Source: Candidatus Woesearchaeota archaeon
Lineage (GTDB): Archaea; Nanobdellota; Nanobdellia; Pacearchaeales; GW2011-AR1
DNA: 60,084 bases
Direction of reading: 5' to 3'
Assembly (NCBI GenBank): GCA_964344105.1
Contig: CAYFMD010000004.1
Coordinates: forward strand, 1 to 60,084
Positions within the stretch are counted from its first letter, which is position 1; each line of letters begins with the position of its first letter. The position numbers were made by a program, and so were the translations under genes. The notes under the pieces were generated by a model, which made no database searches, was not told the DNA's origin, and worked only from the letters and a program-made list of their open reading frames with translations. Shown in pieces: positions 27,023 through 35,930 of the stretch.

Positions 27023-28348
27023 CTAGTTTCCATATGCACATAATTGTTGGTAGCAATTCTTTGTAGAATACTGTTCAGGAGGTTCGTGAGATATTGGGTA
27101 GACATAGATAAAATTAGTGTATTTTTTATCTTCAAATCTATTGAAATCTACCGCTATTTGTATCTTCTCCCTTAGAGGGATTTTTGATCCCAATGTTAAT
27201 TGATAAGATCTCATAGATTGTTTGTTTTCTAAACTAGCCTTATAATCTTGATCCCAGATAAAATAAGGACTATTTTCCCAAGTATGTGCGGCAAGCTTTA
27301 CTGATTGAAATGGTGCTCCAATAATTAAATCTGGTTGGAAATCATTTTGTATTTGATTCAAGTCATTAGTTATTTGGACATTCTCTCCAGCTCCAAAGAA
27401 GCCTGAAACTAGGAATATTGTTATTATGATAGATAGAATAATATGGATTTGCATGTCTTTTTTTCTTAATGTTTTTCCTAAGAAAAGTAATATTAGTGGG
27501 CTGATTATTAGGAAATATTTTATTTTTGCTCCTCTAATGAACCATACTATACTTGTTAATATTAGGAAGATTAGGTGCGGAGCGTACCTCTTCCAATCTA
27601 TCTTTATTATTTTGTAAAGAAGAGGAGACATCGCGATGAAAATTAAAAAGACTTCAGGAGTTACAAATGGCTGAATGTTTCTAGTTATTGAATGAAGCCC
27701 TAATGTGACCACTAGATTTGCTCCAGCATATCTTATGAAAGTGTATAATGGATTATTGAATAGATAAAAATCTAAAAGGAATCTAGGGATGATTCCAATC
27801 ACAACTGCTATAGACCAAATGAAGAATTCTGAAAAAGATTTCTTCCAGAAGTGAACTAGTGCAAATAGAACATAGATTATCAACATCGGTGTGTAGAACG
27901 CTATAGAGATTCCAAGAAATAATCCAGAAATTAGTTGGCTATATTTGAAGTCTTTTTTTAGATAAAATAGATAGGACAGTAGAAAGAATAGACTAGCTGG
28001 AAGGACGGGAGTTGTTTGGATACTTATGTACCAAGTTAATGGTGAAAATGCAAAAAGGAGAAATGTTTTCTTACTTTTGAAGCCATTTAGGATAACCAGG
28101 CCCATTAGAAATACAAATAGTGAATTGAACAGTTTTATTGCAGTAAATGTAGGCCAGATTTTTAAGAAAAATGACATTATGAATGGATAGAGTATTGAAT
28201 GCCCAATGAAAAGATCTATATTTTCTACTCCAGCAAAATATTTTGCTATGGCAATAAATTCATGAGTGTCATGAAAGCTAATTTTTGTTGAAAAAATTGA
28301 GAATAGAATTAAAGCTATTGCGAAGATTAAGAGCCAACCTTTTTTCAT
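27023..28348 (-). CDS. Polytopic membrane protein, possible GT-C-type glycosyltransferase
   Basis: 441 aa, about 10 TM helices then a soluble C-terminal domain; FHDTHEF acidic motif after TM1; glycan-cluster context only. Confidence 0.4.
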   Translation of the reverse strand: MKKGWLLIFAIALILFSIFSTKISFHDTHEFIAIAKYFAGVENIDLFIGHSILYPFIMSFFLKIWPTFTAIKLFNSLFVFLMGLVILNGFKSKKTFLLFAFSPLTWYISIQTTPVLPASLFFLLSYLFYLKKDFKYSQLISGLFLGISIAFYTPMLIIYVLFALVHFWKKSFSEFFIWSIAVVIGIIPRFLLDFYLFNNPLYTFIRYAGANLVVTLGLHSITRNIQPFVTPEVFLIFIAMSPLLYKIIKIDWKRYAPHLIFLILTSIVWFIRGAKIKYFLIISPLILLFLGKTLRKKDMQIHIILSIIITIFLVSGFFGAGENVQITNDLNQIQNDFQPDLIIGAPFQSVKLAAHTWENSPYFIWDQDYKASLENKQSMRSYQLTLGSKIPLREKIQIAVDFNRFEDKKYTNFIYVYPISHEPPEQYSTKNCYQQLCAYGN

Positions 28349-28372
28349 TTTACATGAAAATTTGCGGGTTAT

Positions 28373-28822
28373 TTAAGGATTTATGTACGTGTTGTGATAA
28401 TAGATATGAAGCTGTGAAATCTTTCTTGATAGAGGATACTTGTAATATGCTAGATCGATATAATCTGGGATCATGTGAATTACAAACCCAATTAATACAA
28501 ACCAAATTAGTGGAAAGAGAGGCGTTAATATTAACAAGAAAGTCCAAAATTCTATTCCATGGAAAGGCAACAGGACAAATTTCTTGTTCTTTCTTTCTGA
28601 ATCGGGAAGTTCTATCCATTTTTGTTTAAGACTTGAGAAGTAATTAGAAGCTCTTTTGAGTGAAAGATCTCTCCTCATTAGTGCATAGATTAGATAGTGG
28701 TCTACATCTATTAGGAAGGAAGATAAGAAGATTATTGAGGATTGCAGTAAAGTTAGAGAATATGCTACATGAATGATTGGAGTTATCAAAATCCCGACTA
28801 AAATATGGTATTTTGGTAACAT
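28373..28822 (-). CDS. Small membrane protein, possible membrane-bound metal-dependent hydrolase (DUF457-like)
   Basis: 149 aa, 4 TM helices, FLIDVDHYL His/Asp motif. Confidence 0.35.
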   Translation of the reverse strand: MLPKYHILVGILITPIIHVAYSLTLLQSSIIFLSSFLIDVDHYLIYALMRRDLSLKRASNYFSSLKQKWIELPDSERKNKKFVLLPFHGIEFWTFLLILTPLFPLIWFVLIGFVIHMIPDYIDLAYYKYPLSRKISQLHIYYHNTYINP

Positions 28823-28871
28823 GTTGCTAGAACATGTAATTGTTTAAAAAGGATTTATATTTTACAAAATA

Positions 28872-29792
28872 ATGTATATAACATGCTTTCAGTTAGATAA
28901 GGAGCAAAAATTGCATTTCCAAAAGACTTTTGATAAGGTTAAATGTTTTTCTGGACCCTTGGATAGGGAGAATATTAATGAGATATTAGATGCTGAGATA
29001 TTGGTTTGTAGACCAAAAGGATCTAAAGTTATGTTGGGTAGCAGAGTTTTAGACAGGTTGAAAAATTTGAAGGCCATTTTTAGTATGTCTACGGGATTTG
29101 ACCATATAGATTTGGAGTATTGTAAGATTAAGGGAATTCGAGTTTTTAATGTGCCCTCCTATTCAGAGAGCAGTGTAGCTGAACAAACATTCGCTTTGAT
29201 CCTAGCTATTTCAAGAAAGATAGTTAGTGCTAGTAAGAAGAAGTTTCATAGAGACATTACTGGTTTCGATTTGAAAGGCAAAACATTAGGAGTTGTTGGT
29301 GCTGGAAAAATTGGATTGGAAGTTATAAGAATAGCAAAGGGATTTGGAATGAATGTTTTAGCATATGATGTTGTTAAAAATGAAACTGCTAGAAAAGAAT
29401 TGGATTATCAGTATGTTGAATTAGATGATTTGTTAAGAGAATCGGATGTAATTAGTGTTCATGCTCCATTAAATGAACATACATTTCATTTATTGAATAA
29501 AGATAATCTTTCGATAATCAAGAAGGGCGCTGTTTTGATAAATACCTCTAGGGGAGAGTTAGTTGAGAGCAGGGCTTTGTTTAATTTGTTAAGAAGCAAG
29601 AGGATTAGAGCTGCTGGCTTGGATGTGTTGGAAAAGAGAAGCGAGTATAATAGATTGTTAATGAGGATGGGAAATGTTGTATTGACCCCCCATAATTCTG
29701 CTAATACAATTGAATCTAGGAAAAAAGTTTTAGAGGAAACTATTAAGAATATTGCAAGTTATTTAAAAGGTGAAATGAGGAATGAGATATAA
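28872..29792 (+). CDS. D-isomer-specific 2-hydroxyacid dehydrogenase
   Basis: GKTLGVVGAGKIGLEV NAD motif, INTSRGELV, TPHNSANT catalytic His region. Confidence 0.85.
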   Translation: MYITCFQLDKEQKLHFQKTFDKVKCFSGPLDRENINEILDAEILVCRPKGSKVMLGSRVLDRLKNLKAIFSMSTGFDHIDLEYCKIKGIRVFNVPSYSESSVAEQTFALILAISRKIVSASKKKFHRDITGFDLKGKTLGVVGAGKIGLEVIRIAKGFGMNVLAYDVVKNETARKELDYQYVELDDLLRESDVISVHAPLNEHTFHLLNKDNLSIIKKGAVLINTSRGELVESRALFNLLRSKRIRAAGLDVLEKRSEYNRLLMRMGNVVLTPHNSANTIESRKKVLEETIKNIASYLKGEMRNEI

Positions 29793-30625
29793 TGCAATTT
29801 GGGTTAACAGGAAATAGGGGATTAATAGGAAGTTTTCTTGAAAAGAGATTGGTCGAAGAAGGTCATGAAGTGGTTCTTAAGGTTGATAAGATGGATGGGA
29901 CTGAAGTTTCAGATTTAGAAGATATGGATTCTGAAAGAAAGATAGATATTTTTATACATTGTGCGGCTTCTTGTAAGATTAATAAGATAGTTGAAAATCC
30001 CTCCATTGGTATGAAGAATGCCCTTGATACATTTAGTGCTTTAGAGTTTTGTAGGAAAAATAACATTAAGAGATTTGTTTACTTTTCTTCTTCCAGGGTA
30101 TTGAGTGAAGAGAGTAATGCTTATACTGCCGGGAAATTATTTGGAGAGGAACTATGCAAAGCATATAATGAATGTTATGGTATTGACTATATTATTATTA
30201 GGCCGTCTACAGTTTATGGGCCTACTGAAGACAGGACAAATAGATTGATGAATATTTTCATTAACAATGCTTTAAGAGGAGATGACTTGAAGATTTATGG
30301 AGATCCAGAAACAAAGACATTAGACTTCACATATGTAGGAGATATTGTTGATGCTATAATGCTTGCCTTGAAAGCAGATTGGTGTAAGGAGTATAATGTA
30401 AGTGGAGGAGAGGAAGTAAGACTTTTTGATCTTGCAAGATTTATAATTGAAGAAACTGAGAGCACTAGCAAGATTAGTATTTTAGATGAAGAAACTGCTC
30501 AGCCTCAAAAAGTTAGTTTAGATTTAAGTGAAATTAGAAAGTTGGGTTATTCTCCGAAGGTGAGTCTTTGGGAAGGTGTTCGGAGGAACATTGAGTTTCT
30601 AAAAAGAAATCAGGGATTTCTTTAA
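29792..30625 (+). CDS. NAD-dependent epimerase/dehydratase (short SDR)
   Basis: GLTGNRGLIGSFL, YTAGK catalytic motif. Confidence 0.7.
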   Translation: MQFGLTGNRGLIGSFLEKRLVEEGHEVVLKVDKMDGTEVSDLEDMDSERKIDIFIHCAASCKINKIVENPSIGMKNALDTFSALEFCRKNNIKRFVYFSSSRVLSEESNAYTAGKLFGEELCKAYNECYGIDYIIIRPSTVYGPTEDRTNRLMNIFINNALRGDDLKIYGDPETKTLDFTYVGDIVDAIMLALKADWCKEYNVSGGEEVRLFDLARFIIEETESTSKISILDEETAQPQKVSLDLSEIRKLGYSPKVSLWEGVRRNIEFLKRNQGFL

Positions 30626-31518
30626 GAAGAACTTTCTTGCGATTTCCTTCGGAAGTGATCTCCATCGAAAGTTCTTTCGGGAAAATTTTGATTCTCAGAA
30701 GTAGCTCCAGGGATATCAAGCCAATCCTGATTCTTTCTTATCCTTTCATTTAGTCTCCAAACTTCTTCTAAGAGATAAGGTCTGTACATGTGTTCTCTTG
30801 CAAGATAGATTAATGCATTCAAATCCTTTGGCAAGCATTTACCTCCAAATCCTAAATCCCCATCATGCCCAGGTACAGAAATGTTTCTTGCTATCCTATC
30901 GTCTAACAGCAGCACCTCTTTTATTTTCTCATAATCTATTTCGAGAGATCCACATATTTGATATAATTCATTTGCTAGAGCAATCTGGCCAGTTAGCATT
31001 GCGTTATTTGCGTATTTGATCATCTCAGCAGTTTTATTATCCACATGGAGATATCTTGCATTTGGGAATAATGGAAGGTATACAGATTTGACTTTTTCAT
31101 AATCTTCTTGCCTGTTTGCTCCAATCACAATCCTATTTGTATTTTTCATGTCCTCTACAGCATGTTTCTCTCTTAGAAATTCAGGATTAAATGCGAAATT
31201 GAAAGGATATTTATTTTCTAAATTATCAGTAGTCCCAGATACGGCTGTAGATCTTATTATTACTAAAGGTTTATTTGAATTATCTGATGTAGCTTCTTTT
31301 AAGGTTTCTATGGAACTGTGAATTGCAGAATAATCTATTTCTCCGCTGGGTTTCATTGGAGTTGGAACACAAATGAAAACCACTTGTGCTTCTGAAAGCC
31401 TAGAAGAATCTGTATAAGGTTGTTTGTACTTATCATACAAAATTAGATCATGATGCTCTTTGAGAACTTCTGCAGTGGTTCCTCCTACAAATCCGATACC
31501 AATAATACCTATTTTCAT
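30622..31518 (-). CDS. UDP-glucose/GDP-mannose dehydrogenase-family protein lacking the usual C-terminal domain
   Basis: MKIGIIGIGFVGGT NAD motif, NPEFLREK, FGGKCLPKD catalytic-Cys motif; only 298 aa. Confidence 0.65.
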   Translation of the reverse strand: MKIGIIGIGFVGGTTAEVLKEHHDLILYDKYKQPYTDSSRLSEAQVVFICVPTPMKPSGEIDYSAIHSSIETLKEATSDNSNKPLVIIRSTAVSGTTDNLENKYPFNFAFNPEFLREKHAVEDMKNTNRIVIGANRQEDYEKVKSVYLPLFPNARYLHVDNKTAEMIKYANNAMLTGQIALANELYQICGSLEIDYEKIKEVLLLDDRIARNISVPGHDGDLGFGGKCLPKDLNALIYLAREHMYRPYLLEEVWRLNERIRKNQDWLDIPGATSENQNFPERTFDGDHFRRKSQESSS

Positions 31519-31549
31519 TTAAGAGTTAGCTAGTTAGAGCTTTTAAGAA

Positions 31550-33073
31550 TTATTCTTTTAGGATTCTCTTAACTATCTCTGAGAATGCAGGTCTTGTTAT
31601 GAAAACACCTGTTGAAATTCCAATTATAGTTGTTATTGCGAATCCTTTCAACAATCCTGCTCCGGCCCACATTAGAGGCAATAGAGCGAATAGAGTGGTT
31701 ACGTAAGTACCCATAATTATTGCTAGTGCCCTTTTGATCCTCTCTCTTAGAGATGCAGTAGTTATTCTAGATTCATCCAATATAATAATTTGTGAGTCTA
31801 CACCAGTTCCTATTGCTGCAATGATACCTGCAATTGCTGGAAGGTCTAGTGACCTATTGAAAAGAGCAGATATTCCAAGGATTATTAGTACTTCAGACAT
31901 GCTGGTTAAAAGAACGGCTAGAGACAATTTTATGTTTCTGTATCTAATCAAGATTGCAAGACCTACAACTAAAATAGCCGATATTCCTGCAAGTAAGATA
32001 GTGTTAGTGAATTCTTTTCCTAGCAAAGGACTTATAGTGTCTAATTTTACTATTTCTAGTTTGAATGGTAATGATCCAGAGATCATTACTGTTTGTAATT
32101 GCTTCATTTCAATCTCTGCATTTGCTGTTGCTTCCTCTAGAGTTAATCCAGATCCAGATCCTGAAATTTGAATTTGAGTTGTTTCAGAGCACTTAAGATC
32201 TCTTCCTATGAATAGAGCGTTTACAAGAACATCATCTAGGTATAATTCCAATTGTTGATCAAGATATTGGGGCAAGCTAGTATTTGTTCCAAGCACGCAA
32301 GTTACATCTGCATGCTTTTTGGCTGCCTCAGGACTCAGAGAAATTGCGAATCTAAATTGACAAACATATCCATTTGCTTGATCACCATTACAAGAATAAA
32401 TCCCGGATTGATCCCCTGTTCTTGCTACGTAAGTTATATCTTTGTCTCCACCCTCAAATACTATTTCATCCCCAATCTTTGCTTCAAACTTTCCTTGTTG
32501 TCCGATTAGAGTTTCTAGCTCTTCAGGGGTGGATCCTGCAATTTCTACTAGCATAAAGTTCTTTCCAGAAAGATCTCTTACAGGCCTTATTTGAATGTCA
32601 TTTAATCCGTATACATTAAGTCTTTCCTCAGTTACTGAAATTAAATCGTTAAGCTCATCTGAAGAAAGTTCCTTCCCCTCTGCTTTTATCAGTGCTCTAG
32701 CACCTCCAGAAAGATCTAGCCCAGTTTTTATTCTAGAAACTTCATGATCTCTTACTGAAATTTGAGGAGATTGATTTGTGAATAAAATGAAGGTACCTTG
32801 ATCTGTGATTATAGATATTTTTTCATTTTCTGCTGTAGGGAATTTTGAAATTGTCTGTTGATAATCTTCTACAGAGGTTATGGAAAGCTCGTCCACTTGA
32901 ATGATGCTCATTCCTTGCCTTATTCCTTGATCGTAAGCTAAAGAAGGTACATCTACTGAAGAAATTTCAATTCCGTTTGAGAAACTGAATGGGAATATTG
33001 CTAATAGAGAGCCTAATATGAATCCAATCAGTAGCCAAATTTTCCAGTTCATTGTTTTGTCTCCAGATGCCAT
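31550..33073 (-). CDS. secD: Protein-export membrane protein SecD (archaeal type)
   Basis: N-terminal TM, large periplasmic-like domain (GLDLSGG), C-terminal 5-TM bundle; start/stop overlap with secF. Confidence 0.8.
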   Translation of the reverse strand: MASGDKTMNWKIWLLIGFILGSLLAIFPFSFSNGIEISSVDVPSLAYDQGIRQGMSIIQVDELSITSVEDYQQTISKFPTAENEKISIITDQGTFILFTNQSPQISVRDHEVSRIKTGLDLSGGARALIKAEGKELSSDELNDLISVTEERLNVYGLNDIQIRPVRDLSGKNFMLVEIAGSTPEELETLIGQQGKFEAKIGDEIVFEGGDKDITYVARTGDQSGIYSCNGDQANGYVCQFRFAISLSPEAAKKHADVTCVLGTNTSLPQYLDQQLELYLDDVLVNALFIGRDLKCSETTQIQISGSGSGLTLEEATANAEIEMKQLQTVMISGSLPFKLEIVKLDTISPLLGKEFTNTILLAGISAILVVGLAILIRYRNIKLSLAVLLTSMSEVLIILGISALFNRSLDLPAIAGIIAAIGTGVDSQIIILDESRITTASLRERIKRALAIIMGTYVTTLFALLPLMWAGAGLLKGFAITTIIGISTGVFITRPAFSEIVKRILKE

Positions 33074-33933
33074 TTAAGTATTGAAACGTTAGTTATCCAA
33101 GTGTTTAGAATGTCAAAAGAAAGTCCTATGATTAGGATTGTGAATATCTGGCTTAGTACGTTTGAGACTGATTGCACTATGAATAATGCTACTGCAATAG
33201 CAAATATAGAAGTTAGAGTCATAGTTATTCCAGTTTTAAATGCTGCTTTTAGATTTGCGTTTGTATTTCCTTCCCTTTTTAGTAATCGAGTTGTAAGCAT
33301 AATATCTGCGTCTACTGAATACCCAATAAGCATTAATAGGGCGGTTATTCCCGCACTAGATATTTTCATTTCTAGGAAATTTATGGCTGCCAGAGTCATT
33401 ACAATATCTGCAAATGCCGAGATTACTACAGCAAAGCTTGGAACTCTTGATCTGAAGATTAGGAATACTACAATAGACATTAAGATGAATGAAAGGATTA
33501 TTGCATAGACTAACTGCCTGTAGAAAGATTCTCCTAATGAAGATCCAGTCGCTTCTGTTGATGAATTTTCAGTGGTCAAGGGATAGTTTAGAAATTCTTC
33601 TAAGACCTGTTTTGTTTCTTCAGATTCTGAGATCGTTTCTACAACTATTGCTTTTTGTTGTCCTGATTGGAAGTCTGAAAGTTCCCTAATTACAGATTCA
33701 GAAAGCCTTCCTTCCAAGAAAGTAGATAACTCGTTGATATTAACTTCTTGATTTGGGAAAAATGTTATTGAAGTTCCACCTGTAAGAGTTATATCTCTTT
33801 CAATGATCTCTCCAGTCTGTTGATACATTGTGAATAATTGGAATAATGAAATAGCTAAAAGGATTATTGGAATCCATAAAAGTTTCTTGTAATTTTTTTC
33901 GTACCAGCTTGTTGTTTGTGCTTCTTCTGTCAT
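33049..33933 (-). CDS. secF: Protein-export membrane protein SecF
   Basis: 294 aa, TM1 + loop + SecD/F C-terminal TM bundle (GYSVDADIMLTTR). Confidence 0.8.
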   Translation of the reverse strand: MTEEAQTTSWYEKNYKKLLWIPIILLAISLFQLFTMYQQTGEIIERDITLTGGTSITFFPNQEVNINELSTFLEGRLSESVIRELSDFQSGQQKAIVVETISESEETKQVLEEFLNYPLTTENSSTEATGSSLGESFYRQLVYAIILSFILMSIVVFLIFRSRVPSFAVVISAFADIVMTLAAINFLEMKISSAGITALLMLIGYSVDADIMLTTRLLKREGNTNANLKAAFKTGITMTLTSIFAIAVALFIVQSVSNVLSQIFTILIIGLSFDILNTWITNVSILKWHLETKQ

Positions 33934-33946
33934 TTTAGTAAAAAAT

Positions 33947-33959
33947 ATGCGCGGGCCGG
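33947..33959. repeat. 13-nt direct repeat of the tRNA-Gly 3' end (atgcgcgggccgg; second copy at 34026-34038)
   Basis: Exact match read in the sequence, 79 bp from the tRNA 3' end; the intervening DNA holds a 7-bp hairpin (attcgtt/aacgaat). Confidence 0.8.
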
Positions 33960-34026
33960 CTTAAGAGATCAAAGATCCCTAGTGACGTCCAGCACATAAT
34001 TCGTTTCGCTTTGCTCAACGAATGAA

Positions 34027-34097
34027 TGCGCGGGCCGGGATTCGAACCCGGGTCGACTGGTTGGAAGCCAGTAATTCTGCCACTGAACTACCCACGC
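34027..34097 (-). tRNA. tRNA-Gly (anticodon UCC), no encoded CCA, no intron
   Basis: Hand-folded: acceptor GCGUGGG/CCCGCGC + A73, D arm GUUC/GAAU, anticodon stem ACUGG/CCAGU with loop CUUCCAA, T arm CCGGG-UUCGAAU-CCCGG. Confidence 0.9.
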
Positions 34098-34177
34098 ATA
34101 AAATACACTCAGTTTTTTACTTTATAAGGTTTCTTGTTTTAGTAAAAATATAAAAACTAGAATTTGTTTTAAGATTT

Positions 34178-34903
34178 ATGAATAGAAAATTTCAGGTGTA
34201 TGCCTTAAGTATTTTACTAGCAGTAGTTGTTCTGGCACTATTCTTTTCAGACGGCCTTGGATTGGGAGAAGTTAGGAATTTTGAGGATTGTGTTAATGCT
34301 GGAAATCCTGTAATGGAAAGCTATCCTAGACAGTGTAGGCATAGAGGAGTTACTTATGTGGAAGATATAACCACAAACCTTGATGAATATTTTGCATTAG
34401 AACTTTATGAGCAAGCTATAGAGAATAATGATGGGAAAATTCCAATAGAGGGTTTTGATCCTTTATTGTATAAGGGAGCTTATCCTGGTTTTGTAGATGG
34501 TGATTTTGATGGTGCTTTGGCAGTAGGAGGCATTTGGAAATATACAGATACCTTAGAATATATTAGAACTGAGAGGGGATATGAGACTAGTGCAGATGGA
34601 ACTGTAACTAATGAGGGCTTAATGACTGTTTTGGATAATTTGCAAAAAAGATTAGGAATTGTTGTTAAATCGGAAGTTGATGTTGATGAAATCATAAGTA
34701 GATTGAGTATACATAAGTGTGGTGGAGATGAGAGACTAGCAGAGTTTTGCATAGCATTATATGATCCGGTTTGCGGATGGAATGATCCAGAGAAAATTCA
34801 GTGTGTCAGATATCCTTGTGCAGATACTTATTCAAATGGATGTGAGGCATGCAAAAATGAAAATGTTTTGTATTGGACGCATGGAGAGTGTCCTTCACAA
34901 TAA
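34178..34903 (+). CDS. Secreted/membrane-anchored protein with C-terminal Kazal-like Cys-rich domain
   Basis: N-terminal hydrophobic anchor; C-terminus CIALYDPVCG...TYSNGCEACKNENVLYWTHGEC follows the Kazal pattern (PVCG, TYxNxCxxC, GxC). Confidence 0.45.
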   Translation: MNRKFQVYALSILLAVVVLALFFSDGLGLGEVRNFEDCVNAGNPVMESYPRQCRHRGVTYVEDITTNLDEYFALELYEQAIENNDGKIPIEGFDPLLYKGAYPGFVDGDFDGALAVGGIWKYTDTLEYIRTERGYETSADGTVTNEGLMTVLDNLQKRLGIVVKSEVDVDEIISRLSIHKCGGDERLAEFCIALYDPVCGWNDPEKIQCVRYPCADTYSNGCEACKNENVLYWTHGECPSQ

Positions 34904-34937
34904 AGTATAAATACTTCTTAGAGTCATATATCCTACC

Positions 34938-35906
34938 ATGTTAGATGAAGCTGATATGAAGAAAGATTTTAAGAATTTCCCCAAACAATGTGCTGAGGCC
35001 TTGAAGATTGTGGGAGATAAAAAAATTGAAGGTAAGTTTAATAGCATTGTTATTTGTGGGATGGGCGGTTCTGCAATAGGAGGAGATATTCTTAGGTCCC
35101 ATATGGAAGAAAATAAAATTCCAGTAACGGTTGTTAAGGATTATAATCTTCCAGGATTTGTTGATAAAAAAACTCTGATTCTTATTGTTAGTTATTCAGG
35201 CAATACTGAAGAACCATTAGAGGCCATGGAACAGGCTAGAAAAGTTGGGGCAACCATAGTAGGTTTTGCTTCTGGAGGTAAATTGGATAAAATAAATGAG
35301 ATGTTAATAAAAATACCTTCAGGATTGCAACCAAGAAATTCTTCAGGATATCAGTTTTTTGCCATACTAAAATTACTATCTAATTCTAAAATTATTGAAT
35401 TTGATAAGAAAGATTTTGATGATATGATAGAGATGCTTAGTGATTTTAAGTATTTTGAAGATAAGGCTAGAAAGATAGCTAGTAAGATTGGAAAGAAGTT
35501 GCCAATAATTTATGGAACTACTAAATTACTTGGTGCAGCAAATAGATTTAAATGCGATTTAAATGAAAATTCTAACCGGCCTGCTTATGTTAATCTATAT
35601 CCAGAAATGTGCCATAATGAGATTTTGGGTTTTGAGGGAATGGATAGAGATAAATATATTATAATCCAGCTCAGAAACTCTTTGGACCATCCTAGGAATA
35701 AAAAGAGAATGGATATTTGTGAAAAGATAATGAAAAAGAATGTAGACATTATGAATATTGAAATAAAAGGTGATTCGATAATATCAAAGAATTTTTATCT
35801 TATTTATTTGGGTAACTGGATAAGTTACTGGTTGGCTATGGACGGAGGAATTGATCCTTCTAAAATTGATGTTATTGAGAATCTGAAGAAAGCGCTTGAT
35901 GAATAA
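34938..35906 (+). CDS. Bifunctional phosphoglucose/phosphomannose isomerase (SIS domain)
   Basis: IVICGMGGSAIGGDIL, VSYSGNTEE; length typical of the archaeal PGI/PMI family. Confidence 0.8.
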   Translation: MLDEADMKKDFKNFPKQCAEALKIVGDKKIEGKFNSIVICGMGGSAIGGDILRSHMEENKIPVTVVKDYNLPGFVDKKTLILIVSYSGNTEEPLEAMEQARKVGATIVGFASGGKLDKINEMLIKIPSGLQPRNSSGYQFFAILKLLSNSKIIEFDKKDFDDMIEMLSDFKYFEDKARKIASKIGKKLPIIYGTTKLLGAANRFKCDLNENSNRPAYVNLYPEMCHNEILGFEGMDRDKYIIIQLRNSLDHPRNKKRMDICEKIMKKNVDIMNIEIKGDSIISKNFYLIYLGNWISYWLAMDGGIDPSKIDVIENLKKALDE

Positions 35907-35930
35907 ATTTTTAAATGGTAAAATTTAATT

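Noticed and set aside
28285-28629. ORFs 28285-28629 (+) and 28350-28619 (-) overlapping the 28373-28822 membrane-protein gene
   Set aside because: They are mutually exclusive with the 149-aa ORF, which has a coherent 4-TM profile and a His/Asp motif. The alternatives have no motif and odd composition.
33947-34026. A second tRNA or a Nanoarchaeum-style split tRNA half next to tRNA-Gly
   Set aside because: Only the last 12-13 nt of the tRNA are duplicated. The upstream sequence provides no T-arm partner (no CCGGC 5' strand, no TTCRA loop) and no anticodon arm.
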